A stretch of 64,000 nt of DNA from an uncultured bacterium. Its GTDB lineage: Bacteria; Krumholzibacteriota; Krumholzibacteriia; LZORAL124-64-63. This document shows, piece after piece, positions 43,491-53,046 of the stretch. The position numbers and the translations under genes were made by a program. How positions within the stretch are numbered: the stretch's first letter is position 1; each line of letters opens with the position of its first letter. The stretch lies in contig CAVSGO010000007.1 of the NCBI GenBank assembly GCA_963727525.1, positions 1,408,001 to 1,472,000 of the forward strand, in the 5' to 3' direction. The notes below the pieces were generated by a model that was not told where the DNA came from, did no database searches, and saw nothing but the letters and a program-made list of their open reading frames with translations.

Positions 43491-43838
43491 TCAGCGGCGG
43501 ACACGGATGCGCGTGCCCAGCTCCACCGAGAGACGGAGCTCGTCGGTCGCGATCTCCGGGGGGAAAAGTGCGCCCGAAATCTTGGCGCCGAAGAAGCTGC
43601 AACCGTCGAGGACGGCATTCGAAAAGTCGATGCCGCGCAGATCGGTGTCGCGGAAGTAGCTACCGGAGAAATCCAGGCCGTCGGCGTCTAGCCCGCGCAT
43701 ATCCAGGCCGCGCAGGTCGACCGCACGCAGGTCGCAGGTCTGCCCCGATTCCTTCAGGCGATTGAAACCCTTGGTGTCGTCCACGCGCAGACACTGGTAC
43801 ATCTTGTCCTTGAGGAACCGTGGCCGTTCGGCTTTCAT
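43491..43838 (-). CDS. Pentapeptide repeat protein
   Basis: CDLRA-VDLRG-LDMRG...LDFSG-SYFRD-TDLRG-IDFSN repeats; GAAGGAAG RBS. Confidence 0.9.
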   Translation of the reverse strand: MKAERPRFLKDKMYQCLRVDDTKGFNRLKESGQTCDLRAVDLRGLDMRGLDADGLDFSGSYFRDTDLRGIDFSNAVLDGCSFFGAKISGALFPPEIATDELRLSVELGTRIRVRR

Positions 43839-43901
43839 GGTCGCTGCTTCCTTCGGCAATCGCGTCGTCACAGGGTGGTGGGGTGATCGCTCCGGGTACC
43901 C

Positions 43902-45245
43902 TCATGATCGGCCGGCGGCGCCGTCGCTTGATACCCTACCTGCGGCCAGCGACTCCTCGGCCCATGCCCGCGCCTGCCCCGCTGCCAGGTCGACCCGCGC
44001 CAGAAGCCAGCCGCCGACCACGAAGAACACGCCCAGCACGAGAATGCCGGCGCGCCCCTGGCCCGTGGTCTGGCTCAGCAACCCGAAGATCAGGGGTCCG
44101 GCGATGCCGGCAAGCTTGCCACTCGAGGAGTAGAACCCGAAGAACTCGGCGCTGCGGTGGCGAGGCACCATGGTGGCGAAGAGCGACCGGCTCAGCGCCT
44201 GGCAACCACCCTGCACCACGCCCACCAGGGCGGCGAGCACCTGGAAGTGCCAGGCCGTCCGCATCAGGAAGCCGAACGCGCACACCAGCACGTAGACGCC
44301 GAGACCAGCCAGCAGCACGGGCCGCGCCCCGAGGCGCCGCGCGAGGCGGCCCAGCAGCAGCGTGCTCGGCCAGGCCACGAACTGCGTGATCACCAGGGCC
44401 ATGATGAGGTCGGAGGTGCCGATGCCGATCTCCGAACCCACCGCCGTGGCCATCTTGATGATGGTTCCAATGCCGTCGTTGTAGATCCAGTACGCCACGA
44501 GGAACTGCACGAGGGACCGGTACGACCGCACAGCGCGCCAGGTGGTGCGCAGGCGCCGCCAGCCGTCCGACCAGACCGTACCGAGCCGGAAGGCACGAAC
44601 GCCGGCGCCGACGTGGGGCTCCGGCACGCGCCGCAGCAATGGCACCGTGAACACGGCCCACCACACGGCCACGCTGAGGAACGACGCTTTCACGGCCGCG
44701 CCGGTGCCCGCCAGATGGAAGAGCGCCGGATGGGTCACCCATACCATGTTCAGGACCAGCAGCAGCCCGCCGCCGAGGTAGCCGTACGCGTAGCCGCGAC
44801 TCGAGATGGTGTCGAGATCGCGCCCCCGCGCGAGGTGCGGAAGCAGGGCCTCGTAGAAGACGATCGATGCCGCGAAGCCCACGTTGGCGCCCATGTAGAG
44901 CAACGCCGCCAGGCGCCAGCCGCCGGCCGGGATGGTGACGAACGCCGCCGTGAACGCGCAGCCGCCGAAAGCGGTGGCCGCGAGCAGGCGCTTGCGCGAT
45001 CCAGTGGCATCGGCCACCGCGCCGAGCAGCGGGCCGATAAGGGCGACGATGGCGAGGGCGAGCGCCGTGGTGTAGCCCCAGTAGGCGGTGGCGTCGGCAC
45101 TGCCCACGCCCGCGGCCACCGCCAGCTCGCGGAAGTACGGCGGGAAGAGGGCCGCCATCACCGTGCAGGCAAAGGCGCTGTTGCCCCAGTCGTAGAGGCA
45201 CCAGGCCCGGATGGCGGCTACCTGCTGGCCGTCGCGCGTCGGCAT
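43902..45245 (-). CDS. MFS transporter, UMF1/Atg22-like
   Basis: AWCLYDWGNSAF, SSRGYAYGYLGG, YNDGIGT, QALSRSLF, EFFGFY. Confidence 0.9.
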   Translation of the reverse strand: MPTRDGQQVAAIRAWCLYDWGNSAFACTVMAALFPPYFRELAVAAGVGSADATAYWGYTTALALAIVALIGPLLGAVADATGSRKRLLAATAFGGCAFTAAFVTIPAGGWRLAALLYMGANVGFAASIVFYEALLPHLARGRDLDTISSRGYAYGYLGGGLLLVLNMVWVTHPALFHLAGTGAAVKASFLSVAVWWAVFTVPLLRRVPEPHVGAGVRAFRLGTVWSDGWRRLRTTWRAVRSYRSLVQFLVAYWIYNDGIGTIIKMATAVGSEIGIGTSDLIMALVITQFVAWPSTLLLGRLARRLGARPVLLAGLGVYVLVCAFGFLMRTAWHFQVLAALVGVVQGGCQALSRSLFATMVPRHRSAEFFGFYSSSGKLAGIAGPLIFGLLSQTTGQGRAGILVLGVFFVVGGWLLARVDLAAGQARAWAEESLAAGRVSSDGAAGRS

Positions 45246-45350
45246 CGTTTCTCCTTCAGGCGCATCCTAGCGCGGACCAGCGTCGAGGGCATGCCCAAAG
45301 GCCGGCGATAGCGTCTTTTCGTTGAGCGGTCGGCGCGCTAGAATACAGGC

Positions 45351-48125
45351 ATGATGCATCGCGCCGCCCTCGTCGCCCTGACCACCGCCGCGATCGCCGC
45401 CGCCGCGCTGGCCGTGTCGTCGCCGCCGCTGCCCCCGGCGCAGACCGCGGTGATGGACAGCCTCGTGACGTTGCACCTGTCTGCCCAGCCTGATTCGGTG
45501 TTCATCGTCGCCGCTCCGCACGTCGCGCACGCCCGGCAACGCGGCGACCGGGCCTTCCTGCGCGAGTTGCTGCTTCAGGAAGGAGGCACGGCCGCCGCCT
45601 ACGGTCGCGCCGCCCAGGCCGAGCCCATCCTCCACGAAGCCTTCGACCTGTCGGTCGCCACCGACGACACGTCCGACATGATCGCGTCTCTGCGCTGGCT
45701 GTGTAACTCCGTGCAGGTGATGGGGCGCACCGACGAGGCCGCCGTGCTCTGCGACAGCCTCGCACGCCTCGCGCTGGCGGTGGACGACTCTCTGCACTAC
45801 GCCTGGGCGCTCGTGGGCACGGCCTACACCCACCTCCTGCACGACGATCTGCGCGCCTGCGCCCTCGTCTACCGCCGCGCCGCGAAGATCTTCGCCCAGA
45901 TCGATGAGCCGCACGGCGAGATCTGGTCCCGCAACGGCCGGGCGCTCGCTCTGCGCGTGCTTGGACGATTCCGCGAGGCGATGGCCGAGTTCCGCCGCAG
46001 TGCCGCGCTGGCGCACGGCATCGACGATGCGATGAACGAGGCGATGTCGTGGAACTACCTGGGCACCCTCGAGTCCGTGGTCGGCGATCCGGCGCTGGCC
46101 GTGACGTACTTCCGCCGCGCGCATGAGATCCACGTCGCCCACTTCCACACCCGCGAAGCCGTGCCGGCGGCGATGAACATCGCGCTGGCCCTTGCCTCGC
46201 TGGGGCAGTTCGACGACGCCATCGCCGGTCTCGAGGCCGCGCTCGCCGACTGTCGCCGGGAACAGTATCCCGACCTCGAGGGCGACCTGCTGAACAGCCT
46301 GGCGGAGGTCCGTCTCCAGCGCCACCAGTACCACGAGGCCGCCGGCGCCGGCCGCGAGGTGCTTGCGCTGGAGGATCGCGTTCCGCCGCGCACGTGGGTG
46401 ACCGGGAACATCGTGCTCTCCGAAGCGCTGGCCGCCCAGGACAGCCTGGATGCCGCGCTTCGCGTGCTCGACGCGTGCGCCCGGTCGGCCCAGGGCAACC
46501 CCAACGTGCTCCTCGCCCAGGATCTTGCCCTCGCCCGGGGCCGGCTGCTGCTACGGCTCGCGCGTCCCGACGATGCGCTCGCGCTCGTCACGCCCGCCAT
46601 CGCGGTGGCCCACGCCCAGGAGATGCGCGCCCAGGAAGTCGACCTGCGCCAGGTCGCCGCTCAGGCCTGGCGCGCCCTCGCCAGCCCTGACTCCGCCCTC
46701 GCCCACGACCTGGCCGCCATCGCCGCTTGGGACGCCGACCGTAGCCTGCCCACCGATCCTCGCTGGCGCGAGCAACGCGGTGCGGCGGGCCGCGACGTTT
46801 TCGTCGATGCGGCGTCTCTCCTGCTGGAGGGTACGGCGTCCCACCCATCCGGCGATGGTACGGCCGCCGCATTCGATCTGCTGCAGCGCTACAAGGCCCG
46901 CACGCTGCAGGAGCGTATCTGGGGACCAATGCCGCGCGGGCTGACAGCCGACGCCGACACCCTCGTCACGTTGCACGAACTGCAAACTCGCGTGCTACGC
47001 ACCGGCGAGGTCTTCCTCGATGCGTACGTCGGCACCGGGGCCAGCCTGCTCTTCGCGGTGGCACGCGATACCTGCGTCGTGGCCACGCTGCCCGGTGACG
47101 AGGATCTCACGACACGGGTCGACGTGTTGGTGGATCTGTTCTCGCATGCCGGGCCCGCGTCGGAGGCGAACCGGCTCGTGCACACGGGCGCTACCCTGTG
47201 GCGCACCCTCGCCGCACCCGTCCTGCCGCTCGTGGCGCATGCGACCTCGGTGGTCTGGTCGCCTGACGGCGTGCTGCACCACTTGCCGCTGAACGCCGTG
47301 CTCCATGACCCCGGCGCCGCGATGCCGGCGCCACCCTGCGCGCGCGTCCCGGCGGCGGCCGTCCTGGCCGGGCTACGCGAGGGTGACGACACGGTGGTCG
47401 CACCGCGCGGCGTGCTGGCCGTGGCGGCGCCGCATACGGCGCGGGGCGAACCGCTGCACGGCGCCGACGCAGAGGTCGCCTGGCTGGCCCACCGATTCCG
47501 CGGTGTGTCTCGCCCCCGCCCGGCCGAGCTGGCCGTCACCGACGAGATCCCCGGCGTCTGGCTCGCCGACCATGCCGTCATCCACCTGGCCGCCCATGCC
47601 CGCCTCGACGAGCAGCGCCCCTGGAATTCGTACCTCGAGCTGACCACGCGCGGCGACTCCCTCGTGCTGCGGGCAAGCGACGTCGCGCGGCTGCACCTGG
47701 GCGCGCGCCTGGCCGTGCTTTCGAGCTGCGCCAGCGCCGGGGCGCAGGTCGTGGCCGGCGAGGGCATGCTCGGCCTGGCCACCGGTTTCCTCAGCGCGGG
47801 CGTGCCCGCCGTGATCGCCACGCTCTGGCCCGTGGACGACGCCACCACGGCCCGGCTCATGGGCGACTTCTACGAGGCGCTGGCCACCGGCGCGCCGGCC
47901 ATCGATGCGCTCGCGCGCGCCCAGGCGCGGTGCCGGCAGAACCCGGCCACGCGCCATCCGTTCTACTGGGCGGGTTTCGTGGTGGTGGGCGACGGCGCCA
48001 CGACGGTCCCCTTGCCGCCGCGGCGCCGACCGCTCTGGCCCGGGTTGCTCGGCGCGGGCGCGCTGCTCGCCGGCTGCGGCTGGCTCACCAGTAGAAGAGC
48101 AATCCGACCTGCGGCCAGGGCCTGA
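45351..48125 (+). CDS. TPR-CHAT (caspase-like) domain protein with predicted signal peptide and C-terminal TM
   Basis: TPR-like helices; SPDGVLHHLP, IHLAAHA (His), VLSSCAS (Cys), GEGMLGL, ATLWPVDD, HPFYWAGFVVVG. Confidence 0.9.
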   Translation: MMHRAALVALTTAAIAAAALAVSSPPLPPAQTAVMDSLVTLHLSAQPDSVFIVAAPHVAHARQRGDRAFLRELLLQEGGTAAAYGRAAQAEPILHEAFDLSVATDDTSDMIASLRWLCNSVQVMGRTDEAAVLCDSLARLALAVDDSLHYAWALVGTAYTHLLHDDLRACALVYRRAAKIFAQIDEPHGEIWSRNGRALALRVLGRFREAMAEFRRSAALAHGIDDAMNEAMSWNYLGTLESVVGDPALAVTYFRRAHEIHVAHFHTREAVPAAMNIALALASLGQFDDAIAGLEAALADCRREQYPDLEGDLLNSLAEVRLQRHQYHEAAGAGREVLALEDRVPPRTWVTGNIVLSEALAAQDSLDAALRVLDACARSAQGNPNVLLAQDLALARGRLLLRLARPDDALALVTPAIAVAHAQEMRAQEVDLRQVAAQAWRALASPDSALAHDLAAIAAWDADRSLPTDPRWREQRGAAGRDVFVDAASLLLEGTASHPSGDGTAAAFDLLQRYKARTLQERIWGPMPRGLTADADTLVTLHELQTRVLRTGEVFLDAYVGTGASLLFAVARDTCVVATLPGDEDLTTRVDVLVDLFSHAGPASEANRLVHTGATLWRTLAAPVLPLVAHATSVVWSPDGVLHHLPLNAVLHDPGAAMPAPPCARVPAAAVLAGLREGDDTVVAPRGVLAVAAPHTARGEPLHGADAEVAWLAHRFRGVSRPRPAELAVTDEIPGVWLADHAVIHLAAHARLDEQRPWNSYLELTTRGDSLVLRASDVARLHLGARLAVLSSCASAGAQVVAGEGMLGLATGFLSAGVPAVIATLWPVDDATTARLMGDFYEALATGAPAIDALARAQARCRQNPATRHPFYWAGFVVVGDGATTVPLPPRRRPLWPGLLGAGALLAGCGWLTSRRAIRPAARA

Positions 48126-48612
48126 TGTTGTCGGTATCCCCCTCGACGGTGAAGTCGAGGTCGGTCTTGAGGGCCCAGCGCTCGCCGATGAGTTTCTCCA
48201 CGCCCACGCCGAAGCCGTAGTTGGTGTGCGTGCGCGTGCGCCAGTACTGCGTGCCGTCGTCCCGGCGCTGTTCATCCTTGTGGTAGTCGTAGCCCACACC
48301 ACCGACGAGGAAGAGGCGCAGGTTCGGATCCTGCCGCAGGATCAGTTCCAGCTCACCGCCCAGGTTGTGACGCTTGTTCTTGCTGGTGTTCCAGATCCCG
48401 CCGGCCACCTGGAGCTGCAGGTACCACGTCAGCGGCCCCTTGAAGGCCAGCCCCGTGCCCCCGATCTTGCCCGCGTGCAGCCCGACGGCCCCCTGCATGG
48501 GATCGTCGACCCGGTTCCAATCGCCGGCCAACGCCGGCTTCACGCTGCCGCACAACGTCAGGCCCGCGACGGCGAGCCAAGCGTATCCAAGATGGGTTGG
48601 CCAACGCCGCAT
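48085..48612 (-). CDS. Small outer membrane beta-barrel protein
   Basis: Signal peptide ALA-G; amphipathic strands ending PQVGLLFYW; GGAGG RBS. Confidence 0.75.
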   Translation of the reverse strand: MRRWPTHLGYAWLAVAGLTLCGSVKPALAGDWNRVDDPMQGAVGLHAGKIGGTGLAFKGPLTWYLQLQVAGGIWNTSKNKRHNLGGELELILRQDPNLRLFLVGGVGYDYHKDEQRRDDGTQYWRTRTHTNYGFGVGVEKLIGERWALKTDLDFTVEGDTDNIRPWPQVGLLFYW

Positions 48613-48751
48613 GATTCCTCCCTGATGCGACCCATGGTGACTCCGTCCTGGATGGTTATAACGCCGCGCGCGCCCGCATGCCAGCGCATTGTGAGACGAA
48701 CGATCCATCCCCTTGATATCGTGGCATTTAAAACGATTGCCGCCGGCGCCA

Positions 48752-49711
48752 CTATGGCGCGATCATCACCACCGTACCCACCGAGTGCGCCGCGAACTCG
48801 GGCGCATACATCGCCTGCAGCGTGGCGGATTGGGCGCGGAAGGTGCCGGCCATGGCGGCGCGCAGCCGGTGCTTCAGCGTGAACTGGCCGGCGGGCAAGC
48901 GATCGAAAAAAAAGTTCGCGCCCGAGTCGCGGATCTCCTGGTAGGAGTGTACGCCCAGGTCGCAGCGATAGCTCGAGGTGGCCGACTCGGGTTCGCAACC
49001 GGCCGGACGGGGATCGCGAAGGTGCACGTACTCGGCGGCGTGCCGTGCGGTGACCTCGAGATGGACCTCGATCTCGTCGCCGACGTGCACGGTATCACCG
49101 TCGCGCCGCGGCGCAAGCACCCACGCGCCGTTCACGAGCGCGTGGCGGAAGTACGACCGCGTGACGGCCAGCAGGTCGCCGTCGGCGGCGGCCGGCGGTT
49201 GCTCGGTGGCGTAGTGCCAGGTGGCCGACGCGAAGGCCAGGCCGCGCGTCGCCTTCGACACCGTCACCGCGGGCGGCGACAACGCGCCGACCTCGTCGCC
49301 CGTCAGGACCAGGCGTTCCTGCCCCGCCGTGGGATCGCCGGGATCGGCAACGAAGGTGCGGTCATGGGACCCCACCTGCACGTGTACCGACTCGCGAATG
49401 CCCAGCGTACCGCGCACCTGCATCACCTGCACGAGCGCGCCGATCGCCTCGGCGGTGGCGCGGGGCGACTTCCAGTGCGTGAGTTGACGGTGCAGCAACA
49501 GCCACTGCACGAGACCGTCGACGCGCGGGTCTTCGGGCATGATCGTACTCACGGCGCGCAACACGAAGGCGTGGCCCTCGATCGTATCGTGATACCACAG
49601 CCAGGCCCGGTCTTCCGGCGTCCAGAACACGCCCAGGTCGGGGTCGTTCTTCGCGCTGTCGAGCACCGAGAGCACCATCTGATAATAGGGAACGAAGAGG
49701 CGCGCGTCCAA
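48752..49711 (-). pseudogene. C-terminal fragment of bacterial alpha-2-macroglobulin
   Basis: WKSPRATAEAI, GDEIEVHL, YVHLRDPRPAGCEP, EIRD, GTFRAQSATLQAMYAPEFAAHS; only about 320 aa, no signal peptide or RBS, 5' end runs into upstream terminator. Confidence 0.75.
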
Positions 49712-49725
49712 GCCGAACGCGCGCC
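49699..49725 (-). terminator. Intrinsic terminator of the LVIVD gene
   Basis: Minus strand GGCGCGCGT-TCGGCTTGG-ACGCGCGCC followed by TCTTCGTT. Confidence 0.55.
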
Positions 49726-49732
49726 GTTGTGG

Positions 49733-49780
49733 CTACTTCACGAACTACTGGACGAACTACTGAACGAGCTACTGGACGAG
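49733..49780 (-). repeat. Four 12-bp tandem units, each ending in TAG
   Basis: Minus strand CTCGTCCAGTAG CTCGTTCAGTAG TTCGTCCAGTAG TTCGTGAAGTAG. Confidence 0.9.
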
Positions 49781-52222
49781 CATCACGCGCCGCGTGTCCA
49801 CGCGATCCGACGTCGTCAACCGCACGACGTACGCGCCCGACGCCACGGCGCGGCCGCCGTCATCGCGTCCGTTCCACGTCACGCGATGGGCGCCCGCCAT
49901 CATTGTACCTCTCGCGAGCACGGCGACCTCGCGACCCTGCAGATCGTACACCGCGAGCTGGACCTCGTCCGTGCGCGCGATCTGCAGCTCGATCGTGGTC
50001 GACGGGTTGAAAGGGTTCGGCTGCACGCTCGCCACGCGCGATGCCTGCGGCACCGCGAGCTGCACCATACGCGAATCAAGCGTCGTCCAGCCGCCGGACG
50101 CGAGACGCTGCCGGAGCGTGTATGCGACCGGCGCGCCGGCCGGCGGCGTGTCGACGGCCGCGTACGCGCCGGCCCCTTGCGCGGTGAAAGCCACGGCCCG
50201 TACCGCATCATCGGCCCGAAGCTCGAGGTGCAGGTCGGCCGCCGGCACGTCCGCGCTGAGCTGCCAGGCGAGGCGCACGGTGCCGCCGTCGACCGTCGCG
50301 TCGAAGAACGTGAGGAGTGTCGGCACCGTATCGGCACACTGCAACCAGGCGAGTTGCAGCGTGCTGCTGGTGTCGGCGATGTAGAGCACGTCGCCCAGCG
50401 TGGCCAGGCTGGTCGCTCCGGCGGGGGTGTCGACGGAGCCGAGGATCAGCGGCGCGAGGGGATCGGTGACGCGGCGCACCTGCATGCCCGAGCTATAGTC
50501 CGCCACGTAGAGATCGTCGCCCACGCGCAAGCTCGCCATGGCCTGGTTGGGCGTGTCGGCGACGGCGACCACGTGCGGCGCCGCGGGATCGGAGATATCG
50601 ACGACCTGCACGCCCGCCTCGTAGCAAGCGAGATAGGCGAGATCGCCGTCCAGCATGACACCTCTCACCGTTGCCGGTGTCGCCACCCATCCGATCTGCT
50701 GCGGCGACGCGGGTTCGGCGAGATCCACGACCGCGAGTCCGCTGGACACGCCGACAAAGGCCAGGGGGCCTCGACCGGCCACGCAACTGGGGTACGTCAG
50801 TGCAGGCAGCGAGCCCACGACATACGCCGCGGCGGGCTCGGAAATGTCCACGATCTGCAATCCGGCGCGCCAGTCGGCCACCAGCGCCAGATCTCCGGTC
50901 GCAGCGTCGCCGGCCAGAGCCACGGCCACTGCCGTGTCGGGTGTCGCGACGGCGGCCACCGTCTGCGGGTTCGCGGGATCGCTCACGTCGATCACCCGTA
51001 GCCCCGCATCGCCATCGGCTACACAGGCCAGCGGTCCGCTCACGGCCACGCCGCTGGCGAAGTCGCCGGTCGCGAGCGTCGCCAATGGCGCCGGCACCAG
51101 AGGATCGGCGAGGCCCGCGATGTGCAGCCCGCCGCGCCCCACGGCCGCGTAGAGGCGCGCGTCCGCCACGGCGACGCCCCTGGCGATATCTGGCAACGCA
51201 TAACTACCGGCCAGGCTGGCCTCCTGCGGGTACGTGGCATCGACCACGAGCAGGGCGCCGTAGTTGGCGATGACGGCACAGCCATTGATGACGGCAACGT
51301 CGTGGCTGGTGCCATGGAAGGCGTCTATGGTGCGCACCTGAGCTCTCAAGAAGGGGTGCAGCGGGTCGCCCACGTCGATGACGTCTAGCCCCTGCGCCGC
51401 CGCGGCGTAGAGCAGGTCGCCCGCGGCCGCCAGCCCGTGCGTCCCCCACGTCGTCTCCACGAAGCCCAGCACACCCGGAGAGAGCGGATACGTCAGGTCG
51501 AGCACGATCACGCCATAGTTCCACGACGAGACATACCCGCGGTTGCCGTCCACGATGATGTCGCTACCTCCGCCCCACACCGGGAGCGACATCTGCAACA
51601 CCGGAGCGCCTGGATCGCTCACGTCGTAGACCAGGATATCCGGGGTATCCGGGTCGACGTAAGCATCGGCCACATACAGCACATCGCCGGCGAGCGCGAG
51701 ACCTTTCGCGTAGCCGGGCGTGTCGAGCGTGGCCAGGTTCACCGGCTGCGTGGGGTCGCTGATGTCGACGACACCGAAGCCGTCGAGCCCCTCCGCGACA
51801 TACGCCACGTGTCCACCAACCGCGACGTCGAGCCCGCCCGTCCCGACATCGAGCACGGCCACCTTGGCCGGTGCGGCCGGATTCGCCACGTCGAACACCT
51901 CGAAGCCGGTAACCGCGCAGGCCACGAAGGCAAAATCGCCGGACACGGCGACGCCATGGCCGACTCCGGAAGTGTCGATCTCGCCCAGCAGGACAGGGTG
52001 CCGCGGATCCTGCACGTCGACGATGCTCAGCGTGGTGTACCCTGTGCAATAATAGAGCCCATCGCGCAGGGTCCCGGCAAAGAGCTGGCGCCCGCCGATC
52101 CGGGCCGCCCAGTGCAACGTGGCGCCGTAGTCGACGCAGTCGCTCGCCAGGGCCGATGTCGCGGCGAGCCCGAGACATGCCACGATCGTCATGCGGACTG
52201 GGATTCGGAGTCGCGATTTCAT
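49769..52222 (-). CDS. Secreted LVIVD-repeat beta-propeller protein with FlgD-Ig C-terminal domain
   Basis: Signal ALA-S; many repeats such as YVAD..GL.VIDVSDPA.P; PNPFNP..WNGRDD..ASGAY; AGGGGAGA RBS. Confidence 0.9.
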   Translation of the reverse strand: MKSRLRIPVRMTIVACLGLAATSALASDCVDYGATLHWAARIGGRQLFAGTLRDGLYYCTGYTTLSIVDVQDPRHPVLLGEIDTSGVGHGVAVSGDFAFVACAVTGFEVFDVANPAAPAKVAVLDVGTGGLDVAVGGHVAYVAEGLDGFGVVDISDPTQPVNLATLDTPGYAKGLALAGDVLYVADAYVDPDTPDILVYDVSDPGAPVLQMSLPVWGGGSDIIVDGNRGYVSSWNYGVIVLDLTYPLSPGVLGFVETTWGTHGLAAAGDLLYAAAAQGLDVIDVGDPLHPFLRAQVRTIDAFHGTSHDVAVINGCAVIANYGALLVVDATYPQEASLAGSYALPDIARGVAVADARLYAAVGRGGLHIAGLADPLVPAPLATLATGDFASGVAVSGPLACVADGDAGLRVIDVSDPANPQTVAAVATPDTAVAVALAGDAATGDLALVADWRAGLQIVDISEPAAAYVVGSLPALTYPSCVAGRGPLAFVGVSSGLAVVDLAEPASPQQIGWVATPATVRGVMLDGDLAYLACYEAGVQVVDISDPAAPHVVAVADTPNQAMASLRVGDDLYVADYSSGMQVRRVTDPLAPLILGSVDTPAGATSLATLGDVLYIADTSSTLQLAWLQCADTVPTLLTFFDATVDGGTVRLAWQLSADVPAADLHLELRADDAVRAVAFTAQGAGAYAAVDTPPAGAPVAYTLRQRLASGGWTTLDSRMVQLAVPQASRVASVQPNPFNPSTTIELQIARTDEVQLAVYDLQGREVAVLARGTMMAGAHRVTWNGRDDGGRAVASGAYVVRLTTSDRVDTRRVMLVQ

Positions 52223-52486
52223 GAGACGGTCTCCCCTCGTGGGCCGGTTCTGATCTCGCGGTGGGTGGCGACCACCATGGTACCAGACCGGAACGCAGAA
52301 GGGAACGCGCGCGTCCGCCACCGGCGACGCAGTCCCCGCCGGATACAGATATCCAAACGGGACTGGACGACGCCGGCATCGTGTTGACGTCCGCCGACCA
52401 GCGGCTGTAGTATGTGGAACGTGTTCCCCGGCCCGCGCGCACGCGCGCCCGGAGCTTTGCATGCGCCACGCACGGAACGAGAAACC

Positions 52487-52993
52487 ATGGATCGACGCGG
52501 CGAACGAGACACCTCGACCGGACACGCCGAGGCCGAGGATATGTCGCCCGAGCTGCTGGGCGAGCTGCTCCGGCAAGCACCCCGCACCCGCGACGCCGTC
52601 GGCGTCGTGGTCGGTCGACTCTGCAGCATCACCGACGAGGGCATCCCGATGGTCGAGGTTCCCGGTCGCTCCGGCGATGGGCCCGACCAGGCGCGCACCA
52701 CCGTCGCACTCGCCGCGCACCACGTGGGCGCCCAGGTCGTGCTGGTCTTCGAGGGCGACGATCTCGCGCGACCCATCGTGATCGGCGTTCTCCAGTCCCC
52801 CGCGCTCACGGCGTCCGTCACGGTGGACGACCGCGAGACCGTGATCGAGGGCCACGACCGCATCGAGCTCCGCTGCGGCAAGGCGAAGATCGTTCTGACC
52901 AGCGACGGCAAGGTTCTCGTCAAGGGCACCGACATCGTCAGCCGCTCCGAGGGCCCCAATCGCGTCAAGGGCGCCTCCGTGCAGATCAATTGA
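52487..52993 (+). CDS. DUF6484-like protein (gp5/VgrG OB-fold plus short beta-spike like)
   Basis: VVLVFEGDDLARPIVIGVL and IELRCGKAKIVLTSDGKVLVKG..IVSRSEGPNRVKGASVQIN. Confidence 0.82.
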   Translation: MDRRGERDTSTGHAEAEDMSPELLGELLRQAPRTRDAVGVVVGRLCSITDEGIPMVEVPGRSGDGPDQARTTVALAAHHVGAQVVLVFEGDDLARPIVIGVLQSPALTASVTVDDRETVIEGHDRIELRCGKAKIVLTSDGKVLVKGTDIVSRSEGPNRVKGASVQIN

Positions 52994-53019
52994 GCAGATC
53001 GACTGAGCAGATCAACTGA
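52981..53019 (+). repeat. Three 13-bp tandem units, each ending in TGA
   Basis: GCAGATCAATTGA GCAGATCGACTGA GCAGATCAACTGA. Confidence 0.9.
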
Positions 53020-53046
53020 TCCGTCCCCAGAGACCGGGAGCTCGTC

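Noticed and set aside
43491-43838. Qnr-type quinolone resistance protein
   Set aside because: Too short (115 aa) with few repeats; a generic pentapeptide repeat protein.
45351-48125. Craspase-type CRISPR-associated CHAT protease
   Set aside because: No Cas7-11, csx30/31 or array nearby; the protein looks exported.
52454-52469. Possible sigma54 promoter (minus strand TGGCGC-N5-AAGCT)
   Set aside because: GG-N10-GC spacing fits but the -12 element lacks TTGC; likely chance at this GC content.
49733-53019. Short tandem arrays as CRISPR or mini-CRISPR
   Set aside because: Units are 12-13 bp, directly adjacent with no spacers; no cas genes seen.
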